64,000 nt of DNA from Arcobacter sp. (GTDB lineage: Bacteria > Campylobacterota > Campylobacteria > Campylobacterales > Arcobacteraceae), in contig JAAETO010000285.1 of the NCBI GenBank assembly GCA_024228275.1, forward strand, positions 15,874-79,873, given 5' to 3'. This document shows positions 55,570-64,000 of the stretch, in pieces (positions within the stretch are counted from its first letter, which is position 1; the number at the start of each line of letters is the position of its first letter). The notes beneath the pieces were generated by a model. The model was not told the origin of the DNA. It did no database searches and saw only the letters and a program-made list of their open reading frames with translations. Position numbers and translations under genes: made by a program.

Positions 55570-56778
55570 ATGGGAATTAATTTTCAAGAATTAGCAAATA
55601 AATATCAAACACCTTATTATGTGTATGATTTTGATCATATTACGGATCAATATAATGAATTAAAAAGTGCATTTAACGCAAGAAAATCTCTAGTAGCATA
55701 TGCTGTTAAAGCAAATTCAAATTTATCTGTTATTAAACATTTAGCAAAGCAAGGAGCAGGGGCTGATTGTGTTTCAATTGGAGAAGTTAAACGTGCTTTA
55801 AAAGTTGGTATTGCACCATATAAAATTATTTTTTCAGGTGTTGGAAAGATAGATGATGAGATTAGACAAGCTCTTGAGTTAGATATCCTAATGATAAATG
55901 TTGAGAGTGAAGCAGAATTAGGTCGTGTAGAAATAATTGCACAAGAGTTAGAAAAAATGGCTCGAATTTCTATTAGAGTTAATCCTAATATTGACCCTAA
56001 AACTCATCCTTATATTTCAACAGGATTACATGAAAATAAATTTGGTGTTGATATTGATACAGCAAAAAGAATGTATATAAAGTGTAAAAACTCAGATAAT
56101 TTAGAAGCAGTTGGAATTCATTGTCATATTGGATCTCAATTGACTGAACTTGAACCAATAAAAGAGTCTATAAAAATTGTTGCAGATTTAGTAAGAAATT
56201 TAAAAGCTATTAACATGGACATATCTTTCTTTGATGTTGGTGGTGGTTTAGGTATTGTTTATGATGATGAAACACTTATTGATACAAATGAGTATGGTCA
56301 AATGATTTTAGAAGCTTTATTTGGACTTGATATAACAATAGTTTGTGAGCCAGGAAGATTCATAGTTGGTAATAGTGGAACATTTGTAACTAAAGTATTA
56401 TATGAGAAAATAAATGGAGACAAAAGATTTGTAATTGTAGATGGGGCTATGAATGATTTAATTAGACCATCATTATATAACGCATCTCATAAACTTGAAG
56501 TCTTAGATAAAAGTGATGATGTAAGTGATTGTAACTTAGTTGGACCTATTTGTGAAAGTGGAGATTTCTTCGCAAAAAATATTCAACTTCCAAAAACTGA
56601 GCATAATGATTTAGTAGCTATTTATAGTGCAGGTGCATACTGTTTCACAATGGCAAGCAATTATAATACAAGAGGAAAAGTTGCTGAAATTGCAATAGAA
56701 AGTGGTGAGTATAGATTAATTAGAAAAAGAGAAACTTTTGAAGATATAATTGCTTTAGAAGAAGAATTTATCAAATAA
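55570..56778 (+). CDS. lysA: diaminopimelate decarboxylase
   Basis: 402 aa. YAVKANSN carries the PLP lysine. HCHIGSQ, DVGGGLG, EPGR and CESGD are present. Confidence 0.9.
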   Translation: MGINFQELANKYQTPYYVYDFDHITDQYNELKSAFNARKSLVAYAVKANSNLSVIKHLAKQGAGADCVSIGEVKRALKVGIAPYKIIFSGVGKIDDEIRQALELDILMINVESEAELGRVEIIAQELEKMARISIRVNPNIDPKTHPYISTGLHENKFGVDIDTAKRMYIKCKNSDNLEAVGIHCHIGSQLTELEPIKESIKIVADLVRNLKAINMDISFFDVGGGLGIVYDDETLIDTNEYGQMILEALFGLDITIVCEPGRFIVGNSGTFVTKVLYEKINGDKRFVIVDGAMNDLIRPSLYNASHKLEVLDKSDDVSDCNLVGPICESGDFFAKNIQLPKTEHNDLVAIYSAGAYCFTMASNYNTRGKVAEIAIESGEYRLIRKRETFEDIIALEEEFIK

Positions 56779-56781
56779 TTT

Positions 56782-57570
56782 ATGCATACTACAATAAAAG
56801 GATATTTTATTGATGTACAAGGTACATTGATTGATGATATAGATAAAGAACCTATAAATGGGGCATGTGATTTAATAGATTATTTAAATAATAATGATAT
56901 TCCTTATGTCGTAATTACAAATAATACTAAGCAGAATAGTGATGTCTTTTTACAGAATTTAAAAAATAAAGGTCTTGATATAAAAAATTATATTGATCCT
57001 TTTTTTATATTAAAAGATATTGTAAAAAGTAAAAAAGTAGCTGCCTTTGGAACATTAGATTTTTTAAATGTTTTAAATAAAATGGGATATGAATTAGATT
57101 TTCAGGATTATGAAGCATTAATAGTTTCAATAAAAAAAGATTATAATAATGAGGAATACTCTTCAATGATAGAGTGTGCTATTAAAACAAATAATTTAAT
57201 TGCGATGCATGAAACGTCAGTTTATTGTAAAAACGAAAAAAGATATCCTGGAGTTGGGGCAATTATGAATATGATTAAATTTGCTGTTAACAAAGATTAT
57301 AAAGTTGTAGGTAAACCAAGTTTACAGTTTTTTAAAAAAGCGAAAGAGCTAATTAATATAGAATTTAAAGATATAACTGTTATTAGTGATGATATGATTG
57401 GTGATTTAATTGGGGCATCTAAATTAAATATGAAAACATGTTTAGTTTTAAGTGGAAAAATAAAAGAAGAAAATGAAATTATAGATACTTTAAGTGAAGA
57501 AGAGCTTCCTAATTATATTTGTAAAGATATGAGTAAAGTTTTAGAACTTTTAAAAAAAGGTGAAGTATGA
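56782..57570 (+). CDS. HAD-superfamily subfamily IIA hydrolase (NagD/LHPP-like)
   Basis: 262 aa. Motif I is FIDVQGTL (D-x-Q instead of D-x-D), with TNN as motif II, KP as motif III and a C-terminal SDDMIGD motif IV. Confidence 0.65.
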   Translation: MHTTIKGYFIDVQGTLIDDIDKEPINGACDLIDYLNNNDIPYVVITNNTKQNSDVFLQNLKNKGLDIKNYIDPFFILKDIVKSKKVAAFGTLDFLNVLNKMGYELDFQDYEALIVSIKKDYNNEEYSSMIECAIKTNNLIAMHETSVYCKNEKRYPGVGAIMNMIKFAVNKDYKVVGKPSLQFFKKAKELINIEFKDITVISDDMIGDLIGASKLNMKTCLVLSGKIKEENEIIDTLSEEELPNYICKDMSKVLELLKKGEV

Positions 57571-58634
57571 GTGAAGATGGATTAAAACAATTACGAGATA
57601 AATTGGACTTTATTGATAATGAAATGTTAAAACTTATTAATGAAAGAATGGAAATAGTTCATCAAGTTGGTGTATTAAAAGCGCAAAGTGGTGGGGCGAT
57701 TTATAGACCAGAAAGAGAAAGAGCAATAATTGATAGATTAGAATCTTTAAACAAAGGAAAATTAAATAGAAATGCTATAGAAGCTTTGTTTTTAGAAATC
57801 TTTGCAATATCAAGAAATCTAGAATTACCAGAAAATATTGCGTATCTTGGACCTGAAGGTAGCTTTACACATCAAGCAGCAGAAGCTAGATTTGGAGCTA
57901 TGAGTTCATATATATCAATTGGTTCTATAAGAGGTATTTTTAGAGAAGTTAGTACTAATAAAGCAAAATTTGGTGTTATTCCAATAGAAAATTCTTCGAA
58001 TGGAATAGTAAGTGATACTATCTCATGTTTAAGTAATTATAATTTAAAAATTATTGCTGAAGTAGTTCTAGATATTCATCATACCTTAGCTACAACTTGT
58101 GATAAAGTTTCAGATGTTAAAAGAATATATTCAAAAGATATTGCTTTCGAACAGTGTCGCAGATTTTTAGAAAATTTTGGGCTTGATGAAGTTGAGCATA
58201 TACCCGTTGAATCAACAACAAAAGCAGCAAAATTAGCTTTAAAAGAAGAGGGTAGTGCTGCAATTTGTTCTCATGTTGGAGCTAAACTTCATAATCTTCC
58301 AATATTATTTGAAAATATTGAAGATAAAGATAATAATAAAACTAGATTTTTTATAGTTAGTGATTTTGAAAATGCACAAAGCGGTAATGACAAAACATCC
58401 ATATTAGCAAAGTTACCAAATACACCTGGAGCCTTAGTTGATTTCTTAACAGATTTTGACAATGCAGGTATTAATTTAACAAAAATTAAATCACATATTG
58501 TTGAGGGAGTTTCAATTTTCTTTATTGATTTTAATGGTCATAAAGATGATAAGAATGTTAAAGGTATATTAAATAAACATGCTGATTCTATTAAATTTTT
58601 AGGATCATATGTAAAAGAAGTTGAAGATATATAA
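57567..58634 (+). CDS. pheA: bifunctional chorismate mutase / prephenate dehydratase (P-protein)
   Basis: 355 aa. The N-terminal CM domain has LRDKLDFIDNEMLKLINERM. The PDT domain has YLGPEGSFTHQAA and IENSSNG. A C-terminal ACT domain has the TRFF motif. Confidence 0.9.
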   Translation: MSEDGLKQLRDKLDFIDNEMLKLINERMEIVHQVGVLKAQSGGAIYRPERERAIIDRLESLNKGKLNRNAIEALFLEIFAISRNLELPENIAYLGPEGSFTHQAAEARFGAMSSYISIGSIRGIFREVSTNKAKFGVIPIENSSNGIVSDTISCLSNYNLKIIAEVVLDIHHTLATTCDKVSDVKRIYSKDIAFEQCRRFLENFGLDEVEHIPVESTTKAAKLALKEEGSAAICSHVGAKLHNLPILFENIEDKDNNKTRFFIVSDFENAQSGNDKTSILAKLPNTPGALVDFLTDFDNAGINLTKIKSHIVEGVSIFFIDFNGHKDDKNVKGILNKHADSIKFLGSYVKEVEDI

Positions 58635-58651
58635 TTAATAAAGGGGAGAGG

Positions 58652-59773
58652 ATGGAATTTAATAAAGTATTAAATGACTGTAAAATTTACGAAGCAGGTA
58701 AACCTATTGAACTTGTAGTTCGTGAATATGGAGTGGATGAAAAAGATATTATAAAATTAGCGTCAAATGAGAATCCATATGGTACCTCACCAGATGTAAC
58801 AAAAAAAATTCAAACATTAGCACAAAATATGTTTGTATATCCAGATGATTCTATGTATGAATTAAAAGAAGCACTTTCATCTAAGTTTTCTGTTCACAGT
58901 GAAAATGTAATTATTGGTGCGGGAAGTGATCAAATTCTTGATTTTGTAATAAAAGCTAAGTGTGATGAAAATTCAAAAATGCTAATGAGCAAAACAACAT
59001 TTGCAATGTACGAAATATATGGAAGACAAACTGGTGCTAAGATTTTAAAAACTGTCGATGATGAACATAATTTAGAACAATTTGAAGCTATGTATAAAGA
59101 ACACGGTGCTGATATTATATTTTTATGTTTACCAAATAATCCATTAGGAGAGTGTTTGGATAAAGAGGAAGTATATAATTTCCTATCAAAAATAGATAAA
59201 AACACTTTAGTTGTAGTTGATGGGGCTTATCAAGAGTACGCAAGTTTTAAAAATACAAAAAAAGCTATTAGCCCATCTGATTTAATTGAACAATTTCCTA
59301 ATACTATTTATTTAGGAACTTTTTCTAAAGCCTACGCTTTAGGTGGTATGAGAACTGGTTATGGCATTGCGCAAAAAAATATTATAAAAACTATGTACAA
59401 ATTAAGACCTCCTTTTAATATTACAACTTTATCTTTAGCTGCTTGTATTGAGGCATTAAAAGATGAAGAATTTGTTAATAAATGTATAGCTAAGAATTTT
59501 GAACAGATGAAAAGATATGAGGAGTATGCAAAAAATAAAGGCTTCTCTTATATAGAGAGTTATACAAACTTTATAACAATAAAATTCGATAATAAATATA
59601 TATCTTCTGAAGTTGCACAACAATTACTTCAAAGAGGTATAATAGTTAGGGATTTAACTGGCTATGGAGTAAATGCAATCAGAATAACAATTGGTACAAA
59701 TGTTCAAAATACGAGAGTATTTAAAGTTTTAGATACTGTATTTGAAGAATTAGACAAAGAAGAGAATTTATAA
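58652..59773 (+). CDS. hisC: histidinol-phosphate aminotransferase
   Basis: 373 aa. LASNENPYG, PNNPLG, and the PLP lysine in GTFSKAYALGGMRTGY are present. Confidence 0.85.
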   Translation: MEFNKVLNDCKIYEAGKPIELVVREYGVDEKDIIKLASNENPYGTSPDVTKKIQTLAQNMFVYPDDSMYELKEALSSKFSVHSENVIIGAGSDQILDFVIKAKCDENSKMLMSKTTFAMYEIYGRQTGAKILKTVDDEHNLEQFEAMYKEHGADIIFLCLPNNPLGECLDKEEVYNFLSKIDKNTLVVVDGAYQEYASFKNTKKAISPSDLIEQFPNTIYLGTFSKAYALGGMRTGYGIAQKNIIKTMYKLRPPFNITTLSLAACIEALKDEEFVNKCIAKNFEQMKRYEEYAKNKGFSYIESYTNFITIKFDNKYISSEVAQQLLQRGIIVRDLTGYGVNAIRITIGTNVQNTRVFKVLDTVFEELDKEENL

Positions 59774-59778
59774 GTAAT

Positions 59779-61581
59779 ATGGAAATCAAAAATAAAAATC
59801 TAGAAGAATTGGAACAGATTAGTTCTGATATTAGGGCTAGAATTATTGATGTAGTTTCAAGAAAAGGGGGACATTTTTCGTCAACGCTAGGAGCAGTAGA
59901 ATTAACTGTTGCTATGCATAAAGTGTTTGATGTAAAAAAAGATCCTTTCATCTATGATGTATCTCATCAATGTTATCCTCATAAATTAATAAATGATAGA
60001 TGGGATGAATTTGAAACAATTAGACAGTTTGATGGTTTGAGTGGATTTACGAAACCAAAAGAATCTGATTCTGATTATTTCGTTGCTGGCCATAGTTCAA
60101 CATCTATTTCTTTAGCAGTTGGAGCTGCTAAGAGTATAAAGTTAAAGAAAGAGGATAGAATACCTGTTGTAATGATAGGGGATGGTTCTATGACTGCTGG
60201 AATGGTATATGAAGCCTTAAATGAATTAGGTGATTTAAAATTACCAGTTGTGATTATATTAAATGATAATGAAATGTCAATTGCAAAACCAATAGGAGCA
60301 ATATCTAAATATCTTTCAAAAATACTTGCTGGAAAGTTTTATCAAAATTTAAGAGATAGAATTGATAGAAATATTGTTCAAAAACTTCCTGAAGGTGCAA
60401 CATATATTGCTAAGAAGATAGAAGAGAGTTTGAAACTTATTACACCTGGAATATTATTTGAAGAAATGGGTATAGATTATATTGGTCCAATAGACGGTCA
60501 TAATATTGAAGAAGTTATAGAAACTCTTGAACTTGCTAGAGATATTGGTAAACCTGTAATTGTACATGCGAAAACAGTAAAAGGAAAAGGTTATTCTATT
60601 GCAGAAGGTCATCATGAACATTGGCATGGAGTTGGTCCTTTTAATATTGAAGATGGAAAATTTGTAAAAAAATCTTCTAGTAAATCTGCAACTTCTATTT
60701 TTGCAGACTCTTTATTAAATTTAGCAAAAAAACATGAGAATGTTGTTGGTATAACAGCAGCTATGCCAAGTGGAACGGGGATAGATAAACTAATGGAAGA
60801 GTTTCCAGATAGGTTTTGGGATGTTGCTATTGCTGAGCAACATGCAATTACCTCTATGGCTGCAATGGCAAAAGAGGGTTTTAAACCATTTATTACAATT
60901 TATTCTACATTTTTACAAAGAGGCTTTGATCAAATAGTTCATGATGTTTGTTTAATGGATCTTCCTGTTGTTTTTGCAATTGATAGAGCAGGTATTGTTG
61001 GAAATGATGGTGAAACACATCAAGGAGCATTTGATATATCTTATTTAAGATTTATTCCAAATATGATTTTATGTGCTCCAAGAGATAATAAAACTTTAGA
61101 GTATGCATTAGATTTTGGATATGAAGCTAAAAGTCCCTGTGCTATTAGATATCCTAGAGGAGCTTTTGCTCAATTAGAGTATGAATCTAAAGAGTTTGAA
61201 CTTGGACGTTCTGAGCTTTTAAAATCTGGTAGTTCTAAAAAACTTTTTATTGGATATGGGGCTGGAGTAAGTAGGGCTATTGAAACTGAGAAATTACATG
61301 AAGAAGATATTGCTATCTTAGACTTACGTTTTGTAAAACCACTTGATAAGCAGATGTTAAAACAATTATCTAAGGAATATATGAATTGGTATATTTTTTC
61401 TGATTCTCAACTTGAAGGCGGAGTTGCTAGTGCTATATTAGAATTTTTAAATAAAGAAAATATTTATATTAATATTACATCTTTTGAATATGCAGATGAT
61501 TTTATACCACATGGTGACACATCTAAAGTAGAAGAAAGTTTATCTTTACTGCCTTCTCAGTTAGTTAAAAAAATATTATAA
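59779..61581 (+). CDS. dxs: 1-deoxy-D-xylulose-5-phosphate synthase
   Basis: 600 aa. GGHFSSTLG, the ThDP motif GDGSMTAGMVYEALN, IAEQHA and DRAGIVGNDGETHQG are present. Confidence 0.95.
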   Translation: MEIKNKNLEELEQISSDIRARIIDVVSRKGGHFSSTLGAVELTVAMHKVFDVKKDPFIYDVSHQCYPHKLINDRWDEFETIRQFDGLSGFTKPKESDSDYFVAGHSSTSISLAVGAAKSIKLKKEDRIPVVMIGDGSMTAGMVYEALNELGDLKLPVVIILNDNEMSIAKPIGAISKYLSKILAGKFYQNLRDRIDRNIVQKLPEGATYIAKKIEESLKLITPGILFEEMGIDYIGPIDGHNIEEVIETLELARDIGKPVIVHAKTVKGKGYSIAEGHHEHWHGVGPFNIEDGKFVKKSSSKSATSIFADSLLNLAKKHENVVGITAAMPSGTGIDKLMEEFPDRFWDVAIAEQHAITSMAAMAKEGFKPFITIYSTFLQRGFDQIVHDVCLMDLPVVFAIDRAGIVGNDGETHQGAFDISYLRFIPNMILCAPRDNKTLEYALDFGYEAKSPCAIRYPRGAFAQLEYESKEFELGRSELLKSGSSKKLFIGYGAGVSRAIETEKLHEEDIAILDLRFVKPLDKQMLKQLSKEYMNWYIFSDSQLEGGVASAILEFLNKENIYINITSFEYADDFIPHGDTSKVEESLSLLPSQLVKKIL

Positions 61582-61583
61582 TA

Positions 61584-61607
61584 ATGAATAGCCAAAGGGC
61601 TATTCAT
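61584..61607. terminator. bidirectional hairpin between convergent dxs and the secretin gene
   Basis: atgaatagcc-aaag-ggctattcat forms a 10-bp perfect stem. It overlaps the secretin stop codon. Confidence 0.5.
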
Positions 61608-63171
61608 ATCCTAAGATTTTATTTACTCTTTGTTTGTGTTCTTCTTCTTTTGTTAATTTTTTATTGTAATTTTCTTCTTTATCTTTTTTGAGAATTTCCT
61701 CTTGTTTTATTATAGTTTTTTTTTCAGGCAAAAGTTTCTTCTTCTTAATTTCTTTTTTATTATAATTTCTCTCAAAAATATTGTCTTGGTCTCTGTATTT
61801 AGATGTATCTAGCATTTCTTTACGTAGTTTATTATACGGTTTAGTTTGATTATTTTCAGCAGGGTCGACAACTTCAGGAGTAATAAAAAATACTAATTCA
61901 CTTTTCCCTTCTTTAAACGACTTACTTCTAAATAAAAAACCTAATATAGGGATATCACCCAGTGCAGGTATTTTATTTATATCTTTTGAATTTTGTTGAT
62001 TTATCAATCCACCTAAAACTATTGTTGATCTGTCTTTAGCTAAAACATTTGTAATCACTTCACTATCTAGAAAACTTGGTATATTATCAACTTGGTTAGC
62101 CCAATCAATCTTAGTATTAATGGTTTTTATTTCTAAATCAATATAATTGTTTTTCATTACATTTTTTGCTTTTATATCAAGTTGTAAACCATATTTAATT
62201 TTTTCAATTTTTATAACTGGAGCTCCTGCCGCTGTAAGTGCAGCTGCTTTTACTCTTATTGTTCCTCCTGCTCTAAATGTAGCATTTTTATTTTCTAAAG
62301 TAATTAAAGTTGTTTCTTCTAGTATATTTGCTACTCCTTCATTTGCTAAATATTGCAAAATAAGACCTGTATTAAAATACTTACCTAAATAATTCGCAAT
62401 TCCACTTAGTCCTCCACTTAAAGAGACTGCATTAGTTAATGTTTTGTCAAGTGCATCGTCAAGTTCAATTATTCTTTGATTATTAACCTTCCCCCATAAT
62501 GAACTTGTATCAATTGGATTATTGTGAAATAACCCATCTGAATCAACTGATTGAAAAAAGTTTTTACTTGATAATGTCCAATTATTTTTTAAATCCAGTC
62601 CTTCATCATTTTTAATCTCAACTACATATAATTTAACTCTTATCATCTTTGAGGGAGTAGATGTTTCAATCATATCTACAAGTTTTTCTTCAATTTTTAT
62701 ACCTGATTTTTTAAAAATATCTAATACTAAATCTTTCTCTTTATAATCTCTAACTGAACCTTTTAATATTATTGTGTCGTTTGCTTGTTCAATAATAAGA
62801 TTAGGATAAGTATGTTTAAGCAATGAAATTATGCTATTTAAATTTTGTATGATATTAAAATTAATTTGAAGAGAGCCTCCATTTTCAAGAATTATAATTG
62901 CACTCTCATTCCCTATAGTTTTACCTAATACTTTTAAAACTTTTAATGTATTATGCTCATTTGAAATAAATTCAGCATGTATATTTTTGCTGTTTGTTAA
63001 TTTAATATCTTTTATTCTCTTATCAAAAATCAATGTTCTATAGTTATGTAATGGTAAATATATAGTTTTATTTTCAAAATCTTTTTGATAAATGATTTTG
63101 TCACTTATATCGTAGGCATAACTTGATATGGTAAAGACCAGTAAAAATATCATTATTATAATTTTTTTCAT
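61600..63171 (-). CDS. cpaC: type II/III secretion-system secretin family protein, Tad/Flp pilus type (CpaC/RcpA-like)
   Basis: 523 aa with a signal peptide. It has an N-terminal pilus-assembly N-domain pattern (LPLHNYRTLIFDKRIKDIKL...LKVLGKTIGNESAII) and a C-terminal secretin motif (VLGGLI...KIPALGDIPILGFLFRS...ELVFFITP). It also has a Lys/Glu-rich C-terminal tail. Confidence 0.8.
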   Translation of the reverse strand: MKKIIIMIFLLVFTISSYAYDISDKIIYQKDFENKTIYLPLHNYRTLIFDKRIKDIKLTNSKNIHAEFISNEHNTLKVLKVLGKTIGNESAIIILENGGSLQINFNIIQNLNSIISLLKHTYPNLIIEQANDTIILKGSVRDYKEKDLVLDIFKKSGIKIEEKLVDMIETSTPSKMIRVKLYVVEIKNDEGLDLKNNWTLSSKNFFQSVDSDGLFHNNPIDTSSLWGKVNNQRIIELDDALDKTLTNAVSLSGGLSGIANYLGKYFNTGLILQYLANEGVANILEETTLITLENKNATFRAGGTIRVKAAALTAAGAPVIKIEKIKYGLQLDIKAKNVMKNNYIDLEIKTINTKIDWANQVDNIPSFLDSEVITNVLAKDRSTIVLGGLINQQNSKDINKIPALGDIPILGFLFRSKSFKEGKSELVFFITPEVVDPAENNQTKPYNKLRKEMLDTSKYRDQDNIFERNYNKKEIKKKKLLPEKKTIIKQEEILKKDKEENYNKKLTKEEEHKQRVNKILGYE

Positions 63172-63182
63172 ATATATCCTTA

Positions 63183-63638
63183 TTATTTTAACTCTAACTC
63201 TAAGTCACATTCAATGGAATCACTTCCATTTTGATTAAATACAATTTTAGTACTTGAAATAGTTTCTTTAAAAAATTTGAAATTAGTGTCATTTTTATCT
63301 AAAATAGTAGTAAATATCACTTGATAATTTCCATCAGCAGTTGTCTCACATAAATCAGCAGCATTACCATCTATGGTATCTATACTATTATGCGCTATAT
63401 TGTTAAGTGAATCAGATATATCATCTTCTCCTTCAATAGCTATATAATTTACTGCAAAACTTGATATGGAGTCAATGTTATTCTTGATTTTAAGAACTGC
63501 TGCATAGTCTAAAATATAAAAAAATGCATAAACTGAACATATAAAAGTAAAAACCCATACAATAATCATCTCTAAAGCAGCAGCTTTCATATTAGGGTTT
63601 GTTTTATTTATTTCGCTTATTGTCATAGTATTTATCAT
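63183..63638 (-). CDS. hypothetical protein with an N-terminal hydrophobic segment (possibly a TadE/pseudopilin-like pilus accessory protein)
   Basis: 151 aa. KAAALEMIIVWVFTFICSVYAFFYIL loosely resembles the TadE-like N-terminal helix. It sits next to the secretin gene. Confidence 0.4.
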   Translation of the reverse strand: MINTMTISEINKTNPNMKAAALEMIIVWVFTFICSVYAFFYILDYAAVLKIKNNIDSISSFAVNYIAIEGEDDISDSLNNIAHNSIDTIDGNAADLCETTADGNYQVIFTTILDKNDTNFKFFKETISSTKIVFNQNGSDSIECDLELELK

Positions 63639-63985
63639 CTCTTTAAATTTTTATACTCTTCATAGTTTATTAATCTAACATCTTTTCCATTTACATAACT
63701 ACTATCACATAATCTATACCACGAATTATTTATTTTAGAAATACCAATATATGGGATTATATAATTTTTATTTAAATTGATATGTTGTTTCGCTCTTCTC
63801 GATGGATTTGTTCTTAAAGTAGTACTATTTTTTACAACAATTAAAAGTTTATCTGTTTTCAAACACTCTTTTGCTTCTTTTGATTGTATTTTAATTTTCT
63901 TAGTTTGATTTAATTCTTTATTATCTTCATATGATATTGTTACAGTTTTAGTATGTACTGAGTTTTTAGGCTTATACCATATCAA
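63635..63985 (-). CDS. hypothetical protein (possible SH3-like C-terminal domain), near the window edge
   Basis: 116 aa. There is a 4-nt overlap with the downstream gene. No family was recognised, and the true start could lie further upstream. Confidence 0.4.
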   Translation of the reverse strand: MIWYKPKNSVHTKTVTISYEDNKELNQTKKIKIQSKEAKECLKTDKLLIVVKNSTTLRTNPSRRAKQHINLNKNYIIPYIGISKINNSWYRLCDSSYVNGKDVRLINYEEYKNLKR

Positions 63986-64000
63986 TGGATAATTTTTAGG

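Overview
This is an AT-rich bacterial chromosome segment. Gene content and order (gapA-pgk-tpiA-fabI, histidine-kinase H-box AHQWRQPL, frequent TTG/GTG starts, 1-4 nt gene overlaps) look like Campylobacterota, probably an Arcobacter-like and possibly marine organism. The taxon is an inference only. All calls come from reading the ORF translations and the DNA by eye; no HMM, BLAST or folding was run.

Layout:
(1) 1-3190: housekeeping genes (tsaD 3' end, SUI1/YciH, nnr, cutA, thiG).
(2) 3310-4390: ten tRNA genes behind a consensus sigma70-type promoter, with an internal terminator and an exact duplicate of tRNA-Arg(UCU).
(3) 4408-7883: an orphan Cache-PAS histidine kinase, a MazG-like gene and truD.
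(4) 7888-27688: a ~20 kb accessory catabolic region bounded by or containing two gene remnants (a DMT transporter and a LysR regulator). It has two modules, each headed by one of two paralogous FadR-type GntR regulators. Module 1 is RidA, aldehyde dehydrogenase, an atypical M19 dipeptidase-like protein, a BCCT transporter, an unassignable 804-aa protein and a YdeP-type molybdoenzyme. Module 2 is a TRAP transporter with a two-Cys racemase/isomerase gene inserted in it, YgeX/DpaL, YgeY and an M24 hydrolase. The two modules share an exact 17-mer at the same distance upstream of their first structural genes.
(5) 27752-41113, minus strand: a nitrate-assimilation locus (narK, PP2C-Ser/Thr kinase fusion, DmsB-DmsC-like fusion, nasA ... 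nirBD). It is interrupted by a translationally coupled operon of four lipoproteins (CsgG-like, unknown, DUF4810-like, DUF799-like).
(6) 41375-61581: core genes (ctpA, purCSQ, plsC, crcB, tatA, argS, rsfS, nadD, gapA, pgk, tpiA, fabI, lysA, pheA, hisC, dxs).
(7) 61600-64000: the edge of a Tad/Flp-type secretin locus.

I saw no rRNA, CRISPR array, transposase or integrase. The best candidates for undescribed biology are the twin-GntR catabolic regulon with the 804-aa orphan protein, the quinol-type electron module plus kinase/phosphatase in the nitrate locus, and the CsgG/DUF4810/DUF799 lipoprotein operon.
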